64,000 nucleotides of DNA from Hyphomicrobium sp. (lineage in GTDB: Bacteria > Pseudomonadota > Alphaproteobacteria > Rhizobiales > Hyphomicrobiaceae). The stretch is from the NCBI GenBank assembly GCA_035445405.1, contig DAOMQQ010000002.1, positions 5,803-69,802 of the forward strand. The letters are read 5' to 3'. Made by a program: the position numbers and the translations under genes. The notes beneath the pieces are model-generated. The model did no database searches and had not been told where the DNA came from. It was given only the letters and a program-made list of their open reading frames with translations. Below, piece by piece: positions 28,125 to 39,646 of this stretch; the first letter of the stretch is position 1, and each line of letters begins with the position of its first letter.

Positions 28125-30149
28125 ATGAAGAGCGCCACTCTCGTTTCCGACTTGCAGTCGGCCGCTGAAGACGCCGATCCGGATGCTGCGCCGAACACAT
28201 CGGGGCGGGTTGTCATCGCGTGCGTGTGGCCTGAAATATGCGGGGGCCGCTATGTGGCGAAGGCGGTCGCGGGCGACGTCATCCAAGTAGAGTGCGATAT
28301 TCTTTCCGACGGGCACGACCAGCTCCGGGCCGAGGTCCACGTGCTCGCGCCGGGGCAGCATCATCCGACGACCGGGCCGATGCGCTACGTGGAAAACGAC
28401 CGGTGGCGGGCGCGTGTCAAGCTTGTGCAGCTCGGTGAGCATCAAGTCGTCATCGAGGCATGGCGGAGCCCATTTGCGACCTTGGCCAAGACCGCAACGG
28501 CGCACGCCTCCGCGGGCCAGGACGTGGCGACAGACCTCGTGCTTGCGCGCCGAATGATCGCGGATGCCGGTCATGCCTGCCGACATGTTTCGGACAAACG
28601 CCTGTTGGTCGATCTCCTCGAAGCCTACGACAACGCGGAGACGCCCGAGGCCGCGCTGGCGTTGATTGAATCTGATGCGATACAGCAGCTTTTCGACCGC
28701 GCTGGACCGCGCGAGCACCTCGCGCGCTCAGAGCATCCCTTGAGGATACGCGCGGAGCGGAAGGCGGCCGCATTTAGTGCCTGGTACGAGCTCACGCCCC
28801 GCTCTCAGTCCGGCGATGCAACTCGCCACGGAACTTTTTCAGACGTGATATCGCGTCTGCCCTACGTGGCGGATCTGGGCTTCGACGTCCTGTACCTTAC
28901 GCCCATACATCCTATCGGGACGACGAACAGGAAAGGCCGCAACAACAGCCTGGTGGCCGAGCCGAGGGATCCCGGAAGCCCGTATGCGATCGGTTCGTCT
29001 GCGGGCGGTCACGATGCAATCCACCCCGAACTCGGAACGATCGAGGATTTTCGCGCGCTGGTTTTGGCCGCGCGCGATCATGGACTCGAGCTGGCGCTCG
29101 ACTTCGCGGTCCAATGCTCGCTCGACCATCCCTGGATCGAGCAGAACCCTGAATGGTTCGAGTGGCGCCCCGACGGGTCGATCCGCTTCGCCGAAAATCC
29201 GCCGAAGAAGTACGAAGACATCGTCAACGTGCATTTCTACGACGATGCGTTCCCCGATGTCTGGCATGCGCTGCGGGATGTCGTGCTTCATTGGGTGCGA
29301 GAAGGCGTAAAAATCTTTCGCGTCGACAACCCGCATACGAAGCCCTTCCCGTTCTGGGAGTGGCTTATTCGGACGGTGCAGACGGCGCATCCGGACGTGA
29401 TCTTCCTGTCCGAGGCGTTCACGCGGCCGAAGATCATGCAGTATCTGGCAAAGATCGGCTTCACGCAGTCCTATTCCTACTTCACCTGGCGCAACACGAA
29501 GCCGGAGCTGACGGATTACATCACCGAGCTCACTCGAGGTCCGGCACGTGCCTACATGCGTCCGAACTTCTTCGTCAATACGCCCGACATCAATCCCCAC
29601 TACCTGCAGACAGGCGGTCGGCCGGCCCATCGGGTGCGCCTCGTGCTCGCGGCCTCGCTCGGCGGGAACTACGGCGTCTATAGCGGCTTCGAGCTGTGCG
29701 AGGCGGAGGGGTTGCCGGGCAAGGAGGAGTACGCCAACTCCGAGAAGTACGAGCTCAAGGCCTGGGACTGGGATCGGCCGGGCCACATCCGTGACGACAT
29801 CCGCTTCATGAACCGGCTGCGCAAATCGTCGCCAGCCCTTCAGAACTTCGAGAATACGACGTTCTACAACGCCTGGAACGACGAGATCCTCTATTACGGC
29901 AAGGCGACGGAGGATCGATCCGACTTCCTCCTCTTCGCGGTCAATCTCGATCCTCACAACCCGCAAGACTGCGATTTCGAAGTGCCGTTGTGGGAGTTCG
30001 GTTTGCCCGATCACGGGACCGTCGAGGTCGAAGACGTTTTGTCCGGCCATCGCTTCAATTGGACGGGTAAGATCCAGCACATGCGTCTCGATCCGGAGAC
30101 GTTGCCGTACGTCGTGTGGCGTCTTCGTCCGCTTGGGAGGGATGCATGA
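28125..30149 (+). CDS. glgE: Alpha-1,4-glucan:maltose-1-phosphate maltosyltransferase
   Basis: AWYELTPRS, RKGRNN, PGSPYAIG, AENPPKKYEDI, FRVDNPHTKP, LSEAFT, NTPDI, SEKYE. Confidence 0.95.
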   Translation: MKSATLVSDLQSAAEDADPDAAPNTSGRVVIACVWPEICGGRYVAKAVAGDVIQVECDILSDGHDQLRAEVHVLAPGQHHPTTGPMRYVENDRWRARVKLVQLGEHQVVIEAWRSPFATLAKTATAHASAGQDVATDLVLARRMIADAGHACRHVSDKRLLVDLLEAYDNAETPEAALALIESDAIQQLFDRAGPREHLARSEHPLRIRAERKAAAFSAWYELTPRSQSGDATRHGTFSDVISRLPYVADLGFDVLYLTPIHPIGTTNRKGRNNSLVAEPRDPGSPYAIGSSAGGHDAIHPELGTIEDFRALVLAARDHGLELALDFAVQCSLDHPWIEQNPEWFEWRPDGSIRFAENPPKKYEDIVNVHFYDDAFPDVWHALRDVVLHWVREGVKIFRVDNPHTKPFPFWEWLIRTVQTAHPDVIFLSEAFTRPKIMQYLAKIGFTQSYSYFTWRNTKPELTDYITELTRGPARAYMRPNFFVNTPDINPHYLQTGGRPAHRVRLVLAASLGGNYGVYSGFELCEAEGLPGKEEYANSEKYELKAWDWDRPGHIRDDIRFMNRLRKSSPALQNFENTTFYNAWNDEILYYGKATEDRSDFLLFAVNLDPHNPQDCDFEVPLWEFGLPDHGTVEVEDVLSGHRFNWTGKIQHMRLDPETLPYVVWRLRPLGRDA

Positions 30150-33100
30150 CGAGCGTGCTTTTACGCCACCATGTTCCGGTTCCCGACGACGTCTCTCTGG
30201 CCGCCGTCGAAGCGCCTGCGCAGGAAATCAATCGCGAGGATCGCGATTGGTATCTGGACGCGATCATCTATCAGCTTCATATCAAGGCGTTCAAGGATTC
30301 CGACAACGACGGCGTCGGGGATTTTCGCGGGCTCCTCTCACAGCTGGATTACATCCAGCAGCTCGGCATCACGGCGATCTGGCTGCTGCCGTTCTATCCG
30401 TCCCCGCTGCGTGACGATGGCTATGACATTTCCGACTACACCGCGGTGCATCCCTCCTACGGCACACTCGACGACTTCAAGGAGTTCCTCGATGCCGCTC
30501 ACCAGCGGGGCATCCGCGTCATCACCGAGCTCGTCATCAATCACACATCGGACACGCACGCGTGGTTCCAGCGAGCGCGGGCGGCGCCGCCGGACTCGCC
30601 GGAGCGGAACATGTACGTGTGGAGCGACACCGAGGATCGCTATGACGGAACACGCATCATCTTCCTCGACACGGAGACCTCGAACTGGACTTGGGATCCC
30701 GTCGCGAAGGCCTATTTCTGGCACCGCTTCTATTCGCATCAGCCCGATCTCAACTACAACAGCCCCCTCGTCTTCGACGAGGTCGTGCGCGCCATGCACT
30801 TCTGGCTCGAGATGGGTGTCGATGGACTGCGGCTTGATGCGGTGCCCTATCTCTGCGAACGCGAAGGGACCAACAACGAGAACCTCCCCGAGACGCATGA
30901 GGTTCTGAGGCGTATCCGCGCCGAGATCGAGGCCCGCTATCCCGACCGCATGCTGCTCGCGGAGGCCAACCAGTGGCCGGAGGATACGCGACCCTATTTC
31001 GGCGAGGGTGACGAATGCCACATGGCTTTCCACTTCCCCCTCATGCCGCGGATGTACATGGCGCTGGCTCAGGAGGATCGCCACCCGATCACGGATATTC
31101 TGCGTCAGACGCCCGAGGTGCCGGAGGGGTGCCAGTGGGCGCTCTTCCTGCGCAATCACGACGAGCTGACGCTCGAAATGGTGACGGCGGAGGAGCGCGA
31201 TTATCTCTGGCGCACGTATGCGGTCGATCCGCGCGCGCGCATCAATCTCGGCATCCGTCGTCGCCTGGCGACCCTGATGGAGAACGACCGGCGCAAGATC
31301 GAGCTCATGAACGTCCTGCTCATGTCGATGCCGGGAACGCCCGTGATCTATTACGGCGATGAAATCGGCATGGGCGACAATTTCTATCTGGGAGATCGGG
31401 ACGGCGTTCGCACGCCGATGCAGTGGTCGCTCGATCGCAACGCGGGGTTCTCGCGCGCCGATCCGCAGAGGCTTTATCTTCCGGTGCTGATGGACCCGAT
31501 TTACGGGTATCAGACCCTGAACGTGGAAGGTCAGCAGGGTCACGTCTCGTCGCTGCTGAACTGGATGCGCCGCCTGATCGCCGTCCGCAAGCGTCATCGC
31601 GCGCTTGGCCGCGGCAGCCTGGAGTTCCTCTATCCGAGCAATCGCCGCATTCTTGCGTTCCTGCGGGAGAGCGAGGACGAGCGCCTGCTTTGCGTCGTGA
31701 ATCTCAGCCGCTCGGCGCAGGCCGTCGAGCTCGAGCTCAGCCCGTACCGCGGCATGGTTCCCATCGAGCTGACGGCCGGGGCGAGTTTTCCGCCTATCGG
31801 CGCGACGCCTTATGTGCTGACGCTGCCGGCCTATGGCTATTACTGGTTTGCGCTCGCGGATGCCGCGGCCCTGCCGCGCTGGCACAGCCCGACACCCGAG
31901 CCGCTGCCCGAGCTCATCACCCTCGTTATGGGAGGGGATTTTCCAAGCCTTCTCGCTGGGCGCGAACTCGCCTATCTCGAGCGCAATCTTCTCAAAGCCT
32001 ATCTCCCTCGGCAACGCTGGTTCGGCGGGAAGAACGAGCGCATCCAGAAGATTGCAGTCGAACCTGTGGCGCAGCTCGAAGGCGGAGCGCTGGAACATCT
32101 TCTCACGACCGTGAATGTCGAGTTCGAAAATGGAACGCGGCAAACCTATGCGCTGCCTCTGCTGCTGAATTGGGCAAGCCATAGCGAGCTCACGCCAACC
32201 CAGAGGGCGTTTTCACTGGCCAAGGTTCGCCGGGGTGCGCGTGTCGGCATGCTGCTCGATGCCGCCACCGAAGACGTCTTCTTTGCCGCGCTGGCCGATC
32301 GGCTGCGCAGGGGCATCACAGTTCCGACCGCAAAGGGCGATCTCATCTTCTCGCCGAGCCCGCTCATCGAAGAGCGTGACCTGTCCGACGCCGTGCGGGT
32401 GCTTCACATCGAGCAGAGCAATGCCGCGGCGGTGGTCGGCGAATCCACGCTTCTGAAACTCTACAGGCGTCTCGAGGAGGGCTTGCAGCCCGAGATCGAG
32501 ATGAGCCGCTTCCTCACCGAGGAGGCAGACTTTTCTCACGCCCCGAAGCTTCTCGGCGTTATCGAGCACGTCACAGACGACAGCCGGACGACGTTGGCCG
32601 GAGCATTCGAGTTCGTCTACAATCAGGGCGATGCTTGGCACGTGCTGACAGAGGCGATCGAGCGCATGCTCGAGGAAACCGGGCTCGACACCGCCTCGAG
32701 CGAGCTTCCGGCCCAGGCGTTTCCGCTCGACATCGCCGCCTTGCTCGGACAGCGGACGGCGGAGATGCATGTCGCCCTCGCCACGCCGACGGACAATACG
32801 GACTTCGCGGCCGAGCCGATTGCGGCCGACGACATCCGGCGCTGGATCGCGGACAGCGAAGCCGAGACGGATCTTACCTTCGAGACGCTCGAACAGGCCA
32901 GGACGAGCGAGATCCCACCAGGCAGCCGCGAGTGCATCGATCTTCTTCACTCGCAGCGGGACAGGATCAAGGAGCTGTTTCACGGCTACCGACAGCTGGC
33001 GCCTTCGGGCCAGAAAATCCGGCATCATGGGGATTTCCATCTCGGCCAGGTGCTGATCGTGCAGGACGATGTGATGATCGTCGACTTCGAGGGCGAGCCG

Positions 33101-33484
33101 ACACGGACGCTGGCCGAGCGCCGTCGCAAGACGTCCCCACTTCGCGATCTCGCCGGCATGCTGCGCTCGCTGGACTATGCGGCGTGGGCTGCGCTCGACA
33201 AGGTCATCTCGCGCGGAGCGGCCCATCCGGACGTGATCCGTCAACTTGCGTTCCAGTGGCGCGATCGGGCGGTCAGCGATTGCACAGCCGCTTACATCAC
33301 GTCTGCCGCTTCTCATGCGTTTCACCCGGAAGACGAGGACACGACCCAAGGCCTTCTCACGATCTTTTTGCTGCGCAAGGCCATGTATGAGGTGCGCTAC
33401 GAGGTCGGGAGCCGTCCCGATTGGCTGTCGATCCCGGTGCGCGGGATCATTGCTCTTCTTGACAGGTTTGGAGGCGAGGGATGA
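30146..33484 (+). CDS. treS: Trehalose synthase fused to maltokinase (TreS-Mak/Pep2)
   Basis: [51 protein letters not shown]; C-terminal [29 protein letters not shown]. Confidence 0.95.
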   Translation: MTSVLLRHHVPVPDDVSLAAVEAPAQEINREDRDWYLDAIIYQLHIKAFKDSDNDGVGDFRGLLSQLDYIQQLGITAIWLLPFYPSPLRDDGYDISDYTAVHPSYGTLDDFKEFLDAAHQRGIRVITELVINHTSDTHAWFQRARAAPPDSPERNMYVWSDTEDRYDGTRIIFLDTETSNWTWDPVAKAYFWHRFYSHQPDLNYNSPLVFDEVVRAMHFWLEMGVDGLRLDAVPYLCEREGTNNENLPETHEVLRRIRAEIEARYPDRMLLAEANQWPEDTRPYFGEGDECHMAFHFPLMPRMYMALAQEDRHPITDILRQTPEVPEGCQWALFLRNHDELTLEMVTAEERDYLWRTYAVDPRARINLGIRRRLATLMENDRRKIELMNVLLMSMPGTPVIYYGDEIGMGDNFYLGDRDGVRTPMQWSLDRNAGFSRADPQRLYLPVLMDPIYGYQTLNVEGQQGHVSSLLNWMRRLIAVRKRHRALGRGSLEFLYPSNRRILAFLRESEDERLLCVVNLSRSAQAVELELSPYRGMVPIELTAGASFPPIGATPYVLTLPAYGYYWFALADAAALPRWHSPTPEPLPELITLVMGGDFPSLLAGRELAYLERNLLKAYLPRQRWFGGKNERIQKIAVEPVAQLEGGALEHLLTTVNVEFENGTRQTYALPLLLNWASHSELTPTQRAFSLAKVRRGARVGMLLDAATEDVFFAALADRLRRGITVPTAKGDLIFSPSPLIEERDLSDAVRVLHIEQSNAAAVVGESTLLKLYRRLEEGLQPEIEMSRFLTEEADFSHAPKLLGVIEHVTDDSRTTLAGAFEFVYNQGDAWHVLTEAIERMLEETGLDTASSELPAQAFPLDIAALLGQRTAEMHVALATPTDNTDFAAEPIAADDIRRWIADSEAETDLTFETLEQARTSEIPPGSRECIDLLHSQRDRIKELFHGYRQLAPSGQKIRHHGDFHLGQVLIVQDDVMIVDFEGEPTRTLAERRRKTSPLRDLAGMLRSLDYAAWAALDKVISRGAAHPDVIRQLAFQWRDRAVSDCTAAYITSAASHAFHPEDEDTTQGLLTIFLLRKAMYEVRYEVGSRPDWLSIPVRGIIALLDRFGGEG

Positions 33485-35703
33485 CGCCACATGCCCCTGC
33501 CGCCCGGGCCGATGCGTGGAGGCCGGTCGGCCAAGACATCGAGGATATCGTTGCGGGCCGCCACGCAGATCCGTTCGCTGTTCTCGGCCCGCACCGTGCG
33601 CCCGACGGAGACCTCACGGTCAGCGCCTTTCATCCCGACGCCGAGACCTGCGATGTCGCCGATGCCGAGGGAAACGTCCTCGTGGCTCTCGACAAACTGC
33701 ATCCGGATGGATTCTTCTTCGGGCGGCTTCTGCGTGCCGTCGATGCCTACACGCTCCGGATGAGCGGCGGCGGGCATCACTGGCAGATCGAGGATGCCTA
33801 CGCCTTTCCGTCCGCGCTCGGTGAACTCGACCTCCACTTCTTCGCGGAGGGTACGCATACTCAGTCTTACAAAAAGCTGGGTGCGCACCCGATCATGCTG
33901 AACGGCGTCCCCGGCGTTTCGTTCGCCGTCTGGGCGCCAAATGCGAAACGCGTCAGCGTCGTCGGCTCGTTCAACGGATGGGATGGGCGCCGGCACGTCA
34001 TGCGCAAGCACCCCGGCGCCGGCATCTGGGACATCTTCATCCCACGGGCCGAAGCCGGAGATCTCTACAAGTACGAGCTTCTCGATGCCGCGGGCCGGCT
34101 CCTGCCGGCGAAGGCCGATCCGTTCGGCCAGGCCCACGAGCTGCCGCCCAGCACCGCATCGCGCGTTCGGCATGGCGTGGCTTACTCGTGGTCCGATGCG
34201 GACTGGATCGCGCGGCGCGCGCGCTTGCAGGCACGATCAGCACCGATCTCGATCTACGAGGTGCATCTGGGGTCCTGGCGGCGGGGCAAGAACGACACCG
34301 TGCTCGATTACGACAGTCTCGGCGACGAGCTGATCCCGTATGTCATCGACATGGGCTTTACGCACGTCGAGATGATGCCGGTCGCCGAGCATCCCTTCGG
34401 CGGCTCATGGGGCTATCAGCCCGTCGGCCTTTTCTCGCCCACGGCGCGGTTCGGGCCGCCCGAAGCGTTCGCGCGCCTGATCGACCGCTTCCATCAGGCC
34501 GGCATCGCCGTCCTCATCGACTGGGTGCCCGCGCACTTTCCGAGCGATCCGCATGGGCTTGCCCGCTTCGACGGCACGGCGCTCTACGAGCACGAGGATC
34601 CGCGCCGCGGTTTTCACAAGGACTGGAACACGCTGATCTACAACTACGGCCGGCGCGAGGTCGCAAACTTCCTGAGCTCGAACGCTCACTATTGGCTCGA
34701 CCGATTCCACGCTGACGGTCTGCGCGTCGATGCCGTGGCGTCCATGCTCTATCTCGACTACAGCCGAAGTGCGGGCGAGTGGGAGCCGAACCGGTACGGC
34801 GGCCGCGAGAACCTGGAGGCCATCGCGTTTCTGCGCCACACGAACACGATGGCCTATCGCGACTTCCCGGGCATCGTGACGATTGCCGAGGAATCGACGG
34901 CCTGGCCGCAGGTCTCGCGGCCCGTGGACAGTGGGGGATTGGGCTTCGGCTACAAGTGGAATATGGGGTGGATGCACGACACCCTGAAGTACATTTCAGA
35001 AGATCCGGTCCATCGGAAATTCCATCACGACAAGCTGACGTTCGGACTTCTCTACGCGTGGGACGAGAACTTCATCCTGCCGATCAGTCACGACGAGGTG
35101 GTGCACGGCAAGGGATCGCTGATCGGCAGGATGCCGGGCGACACCTGGCAGAAGTTCGCCAATCTGCGCGCCTATCTCGGGTTCATGTGGACGCATCCCG
35201 GCAAGAAGCTGCTCTTCATGGGATGCGAGTTCGGCCAGCACCGCGAATGGAACCACGACCAATCCCTGGATTGGCATCTCCTCTCGGAGCCGTCCCACCA
35301 GGGGGTGCAGAGCCTGGTGCGCGACCTCAACAGGCTTTATCGCGACCTCCCGGCGCTGCACGCGCTCGATTGCGAGCCGGACGGCTTTGCCTGGATCGAC
35401 GGCGGCAATGCGAACGACAGCGTGCTCGCCTACCTGCGCAAAGGCTCACACGACGGCGAAGCTGCACTCGTTGTCTGCAATTTCACGCCCGTCGTGCGGC
35501 GCGACTATCGGATCGGCGTGCCGTCAGCCGGCCGATGGAACCTCAGGCTCAATACCGATGACTTGAAATATGGAGGATCGGGCGTCTCACCCGGCGACGG
35601 AGCGGCAGACCGGCAGGGGTGGCACGGCCAGCCGAGCTCGATCGTCGTGACGTTGCCGCCGCTCTCGATTCTCGTGTTCATCCCTGGAACCGAACGCACG
35701 TGA
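33481..35703 (+). CDS. glgB: 1,4-alpha-glucan branching enzyme
   Basis: [55 protein letters not shown]. Confidence 0.97.
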   Translation: MTPHAPAARADAWRPVGQDIEDIVAGRHADPFAVLGPHRAPDGDLTVSAFHPDAETCDVADAEGNVLVALDKLHPDGFFFGRLLRAVDAYTLRMSGGGHHWQIEDAYAFPSALGELDLHFFAEGTHTQSYKKLGAHPIMLNGVPGVSFAVWAPNAKRVSVVGSFNGWDGRRHVMRKHPGAGIWDIFIPRAEAGDLYKYELLDAAGRLLPAKADPFGQAHELPPSTASRVRHGVAYSWSDADWIARRARLQARSAPISIYEVHLGSWRRGKNDTVLDYDSLGDELIPYVIDMGFTHVEMMPVAEHPFGGSWGYQPVGLFSPTARFGPPEAFARLIDRFHQAGIAVLIDWVPAHFPSDPHGLARFDGTALYEHEDPRRGFHKDWNTLIYNYGRREVANFLSSNAHYWLDRFHADGLRVDAVASMLYLDYSRSAGEWEPNRYGGRENLEAIAFLRHTNTMAYRDFPGIVTIAEESTAWPQVSRPVDSGGLGFGYKWNMGWMHDTLKYISEDPVHRKFHHDKLTFGLLYAWDENFILPISHDEVVHGKGSLIGRMPGDTWQKFANLRAYLGFMWTHPGKKLLFMGCEFGQHREWNHDQSLDWHLLSEPSHQGVQSLVRDLNRLYRDLPALHALDCEPDGFAWIDGGNANDSVLAYLRKGSHDGEAALVVCNFTPVVRRDYRIGVPSAGRWNLRLNTDDLKYGGSGVSPGDGAADRQGWHGQPSSIVVTLPPLSILVFIPGTERT

Positions 35704-37802
35704 GCAAGGCCCGCCATCGCGTGACAGAAGGCTCGCCCGCACATCTCGGCGCGAGGGCGGACGCGAACGGCGTCAACTTCGCCATTTTTTCGAGCAACGC
35801 CACACGCGTCGAGCTCTGCCTGTTCGATGATGAGGGAAAGCAAGAGACGGCGCGCATCGCGCTGCCGGAATACACCGATGAGGTCTGGCACGGCTATGTG
35901 CCCGGTATCATGCCGGGGCAGCTCTACGGCTATCGCGTGCATGGCCCCTATGAGCCGGAAGCGGGGCACAGGTTCAATCCCGCTAAGCTTTTGATCGACC
36001 CCTATGCCACTCTGCTCGAGGGCGACTTCCTGTGGAACGAGGCGCATCTCGGCTATGTCGTGAGCGCTGACGACGACATCCCGAGCGAGTCCGACAGCGC
36101 GCCGTTCATGCCGAAATGCGTCGTCACCGCGCCGCGTGCGCGCTGGCGCGACCGTCTGCTTTCATGGCGCAGCAAGCGCGAGCCGCGTCCCTGGGCCGAG
36201 ACCCTGATCTACGAGGCCCACGTCAAGGGGCTGACGCAGCGTCATCCCGCTCTTTCCAAGAAGAAGCGGGGCACGTTTGCCGGGCTCGGAGATCCGAAGG
36301 TGATCGATCACCTGATTTCGCTCGGCGTCACCGCCATCGAGCTCCTGCCGGTGCAGGCGTTCTGTCACGACAGCCATCTGATCGAGCGCGGCCTCAAGAA
36401 CTATTGGGGCTACAGCCCCATCGCTTATTTCGCCCCCGCGCAACACTACCTCTCGAAGCAGGACATCGACGAAATCCGCACGACGGTCGAACGGCTGCAT
36501 CGGGCCGGCATCGAGGTTCTGCTCGACGTGGTCTACAACCATACGGCGGAAGGCAATCACCTCGGGCCGACCCTCTCGTTCCGAGGCATCGACAACGCCG
36601 TCTATTACAAGCTCGACGACGATCCGCGATTCTACTTCGATACGACGGGCTGCGGCAACAGTCTCGACCTCGACCATGCGCGCGCCCTGCAGCTCGTGAC
36701 GGATTCGCTGCGGTACTGGGTCGAGGAATTCGGGGTTGACGGGTTCCGCTTCGATCTCGCGAGCACGGTCGCGCGCAAGGACCGCGCCTTCAGCCTCGAT
36801 AGCCCGTTCCTCACGGTGCTGGCGCAGGATCCGGTCCTGTCGCGCACGAAGCTCATCGCCGAGCCGTGGGACATCGGTATGGACGGCTACCAGGTGGGAA
36901 ACTTTCCGCCCGGATGGGCGGAGTGGAACGACAGGTTCCGGGACGATGCGCGCGCGTTCTGGCGCGGAGACGAAGGCGCCTTGCCGGCGCTTTCGGCAGC
37001 GCTCCTCGGCAGTGCCGCACAATTCGACAGAAAAGGGCGCCGGCCGTGGGCGAGCGTCAACTTCGTCACGGCGCACGACGGATTCACGCTCGCCGACGTT
37101 TATGCCTACAACGACAAGCACAACGAGGCGAACGGTGAAGAGAACCGCGACGGGCACAATCACAACCTGAGCTGGAACTGCGGTGTCGAAGGGCCGACAT
37201 CCGATGCGGATGTGCTCGACCTGCGCGACCGCATGCGCCGCAATCTGATGGCGACCCTGGTGCTTTCCCAGGGCACGCCGATGATGCTGATGGGCGACGA
37301 GCGCAGCCACACGCAGTCCGGCAACAACAACGCCTATTGCCAGGACAACGAGCGGACCTGGCTGCGCTGGACCGGCATCGACGGGAGAGACGACGCATTC
37401 GAGGCGTTCACGCGGGGGGTGATCGACATTCGCCGGCGCCGTCCGCTTCTGCGGCAGCCGCATTTTCTCCACGGCACGGAGGTGGCGGCGGGCGTGAACG
37501 ATGTCATGTGGTTGCGGGCGGATGGTGTGGAGATGACGGCAGACGATTGGGCGAACCCGCTCAATCGCAGTGTCGCTCTTCTGCTGGCCGACCAGCGCCG
37601 CCAGACGCTGCTGCTGCTGGTCAATTCCTACGCCGAGGGCGTGTCCTTCGCGATACCCGACCCGCCCTTCGGCGGACGCTGGCGCCTGCTCGTCGATACC
37701 GAGCGCGGAACGATCCTGCCCGACGAGGACGCCTTGGTGCCCGGCGAACCCCGGATCATCGCCGGGCGAGCGCTCGCTCTCTACGAAGGAACGCGGGAAT
37801 GA
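35700..37802 (+). CDS. glgX: Glycogen debranching enzyme
   Basis: [57 protein letters not shown]; GTG start overlaps the glgB stop. Confidence 0.96.
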   Translation: MSKARHRVTEGSPAHLGARADANGVNFAIFSSNATRVELCLFDDEGKQETARIALPEYTDEVWHGYVPGIMPGQLYGYRVHGPYEPEAGHRFNPAKLLIDPYATLLEGDFLWNEAHLGYVVSADDDIPSESDSAPFMPKCVVTAPRARWRDRLLSWRSKREPRPWAETLIYEAHVKGLTQRHPALSKKKRGTFAGLGDPKVIDHLISLGVTAIELLPVQAFCHDSHLIERGLKNYWGYSPIAYFAPAQHYLSKQDIDEIRTTVERLHRAGIEVLLDVVYNHTAEGNHLGPTLSFRGIDNAVYYKLDDDPRFYFDTTGCGNSLDLDHARALQLVTDSLRYWVEEFGVDGFRFDLASTVARKDRAFSLDSPFLTVLAQDPVLSRTKLIAEPWDIGMDGYQVGNFPPGWAEWNDRFRDDARAFWRGDEGALPALSAALLGSAAQFDRKGRRPWASVNFVTAHDGFTLADVYAYNDKHNEANGEENRDGHNHNLSWNCGVEGPTSDADVLDLRDRMRRNLMATLVLSQGTPMMLMGDERSHTQSGNNNAYCQDNERTWLRWTGIDGRDDAFEAFTRGVIDIRRRRPLLRQPHFLHGTEVAAGVNDVMWLRADGVEMTADDWANPLNRSVALLLADQRRQTLLLLVNSYAEGVSFAIPDPPFGGRWRLLVDTERGTILPDEDALVPGEPRIIAGRALALYEGTRE

Positions 37803-39646
37803 CCTCATTCGCGTTCGAGACGACGTTTTCATTCGAAACGACGTGGGGCGCCAACGTTCGCGCGGATGGCGGCGCAAGGTTCCGCTTGTGGGCTCCGGGA
37901 TTGGAGTCCGTCGCGCTATCCGCACCTTCCGGCGACATCGCCATGGCGCGAGGCGGCGATGGCTGGTTCGAGATCGAGACGGATGCGGTTGCCGTCGGGC
38001 AGCCTTACGGTTTCCGACTGCCGTCGGGAGAGGTCGTGGCCGACCCCGCCGCTCGCGCGCAGGCTGGTGACGTTCACGGGCGCTCCATGCTGGTCGATCC
38101 TCGCGCCTATCGCTGGCAGTCTGCCGGATGGCGCGGGCGGCCGTGGGACGACGCCGTCATCTACGAGCTGCACACAGGCACGTTCTCGCCGGAAGGCACG
38201 TTCGACGGCGTGGCTCGGCGGCTCGATCATCTCATCGATCTCGGCGTGACGGCTCTCGAGCTGATGCCCGTCGTTCAATTCGGCGGTGTGCGCGGCTGGG
38301 GTTACGACGGTGTTTTGCACTATGCGCCGCATCCGGCCTATGGCGGCGTCGAAGGCTTGAAGGGCCTCGTCGATGCCGCTCACGGGCGCGGGCTGATGAT
38401 GATCCTCGACGTGGTCTACAACCACTTCGGGCCTGACGGAAACTACCTCCCCCTCTATGCGCCGGAGTTCTTCGACCCGGGCCGTCACACGCCGTGGGGG
38501 GCGGCCATCCGCTTCGATGCGCCGGCCGTGCGCACGTTCTACATCGAGAATGCGCTCTATTGGCTGGAGGAGTTCCGCTTCGACGGGCTCAGGCTGGATG
38601 CCATCGACCAGATCGACGATCCGTCCGACGAGCCGATCCTCGAAGAGCTGGCGCGGACGGTTCGCAGCCGCATCCGCGATCGCCACATCCACCTCACGAC
38701 GGAGGACAACCGCAACGTCACGCACCTTCATGCGCGCGACGCGGATGGCCGCCCCTCGCTCTATACTGCGGAGTGGAACGACGATTTTCATCACGTCGCG
38801 CATGTCATCGCGACCGATGAGCGGCAGGGATATTACGAAGACTATGCAGACGATGCGGCCGGCAAGCTCGGGCGTGCGCTGACGCAAGGCTATGTCTACC
38901 AGGGCGCGCCTTCCGCCTTTCGTGACGGTAAGCCCTATGGCCAGCCGAGCCGCCGGCTGCCGCCCACGGCGTTCATCGATTTCATTCAGAACCACGACCA
39001 GATCGGCAACCGGGCGTTCGGAGAACGGCTTACGGCGCTGGCACCCGAGCGGACCGTCGAGCTTCTGACGGCCGTTCTTCTCCTTAGCCCTTCGATTCCG
39101 ATGCTGTTCATGGGCGAGGAATGGGGCGAACAGCGGCCGTTTCTGTTCTTCACCGATTTCACGGGCGACCTCGGGCGGAACGTTCGCGAAGGGCGCCGCA
39201 CGGAGTTTCGCAAGTGGCCGGAGTTTCAAGATCCCGAAACGCGCGAACGAATTCCGGATCCCAATGCGGAGGAGACCCTGCGCGCTTCGGCGCTCGATTG
39301 GAGCGCGCGAGAGCGTCCGGCAGGCGCAAAGCGCCTCGCGCATGTGCGTGCGCTGCTCTCGCTCCGCCAACGCGAGATCGTGCCGCGCCTCAAGGACGTG
39401 GCGGCTGGCTCGGGCGAGGCCGAAACCCTGTCGCGCCGTGCCTTAAGCGCCACCTGGATGCTGGCCGACGGCGCTCATCTGCGCTGCGTCGCGAGCTTCG
39501 AGCACGAGCCGATTGCCGCGGCTGTCGCGCAGCTCGAAGATAGGCGGGTGCTGTTCGAGTCGGAGCCGGATCTTGCGACCAGCGTCGCTGACGGCGCGGT
39601 CCCGCCGAATTCCGTGGTGTTCGAAATCGGGCGGCCCCGGCCATGA
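37799..39646 (+). CDS. treZ: Malto-oligosyltrehalose trehalohydrolase
   Basis: FRLWAP, YELHTGTF, WGYDG, DVVYNHFGPDGNY, DGLRLDA, QNHDQIGNR, PMLFMGEE. Confidence 0.95.
   Translation: MTSFAFETTFSFETTWGANVRADGGARFRLWAPGLESVALSAPSGDIAMARGGDGWFEIETDAVAVGQPYGFRLPSGEVVADPAARAQAGDVHGRSMLVDPRAYRWQSAGWRGRPWDDAVIYELHTGTFSPEGTFDGVARRLDHLIDLGVTALELMPVVQFGGVRGWGYDGVLHYAPHPAYGGVEGLKGLVDAAHGRGLMMILDVVYNHFGPDGNYLPLYAPEFFDPGRHTPWGAAIRFDAPAVRTFYIENALYWLEEFRFDGLRLDAIDQIDDPSDEPILEELARTVRSRIRDRHIHLTTEDNRNVTHLHARDADGRPSLYTAEWNDDFHHVAHVIATDERQGYYEDYADDAAGKLGRALTQGYVYQGAPSAFRDGKPYGQPSRRLPPTAFIDFIQNHDQIGNRAFGERLTALAPERTVELLTAVLLLSPSIPMLFMGEEWGEQRPFLFFTDFTGDLGRNVREGRRTEFRKWPEFQDPETRERIPDPNAEETLRASALDWSARERPAGAKRLAHVRALLSLRQREIVPRLKDVAAGSGEAETLSRRALSATWMLADGAHLRCVASFEHEPIAAAVAQLEDRRVLFESEPDLATSVADGAVPPNSVVFEIGRPRP

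Noticed and set aside
30338-39370. Long minus-strand ORFs (614, 425, 587, 484 aa)
   Set aside because: Antisense to treS, glgX and treZ, which carry all the catalytic motifs
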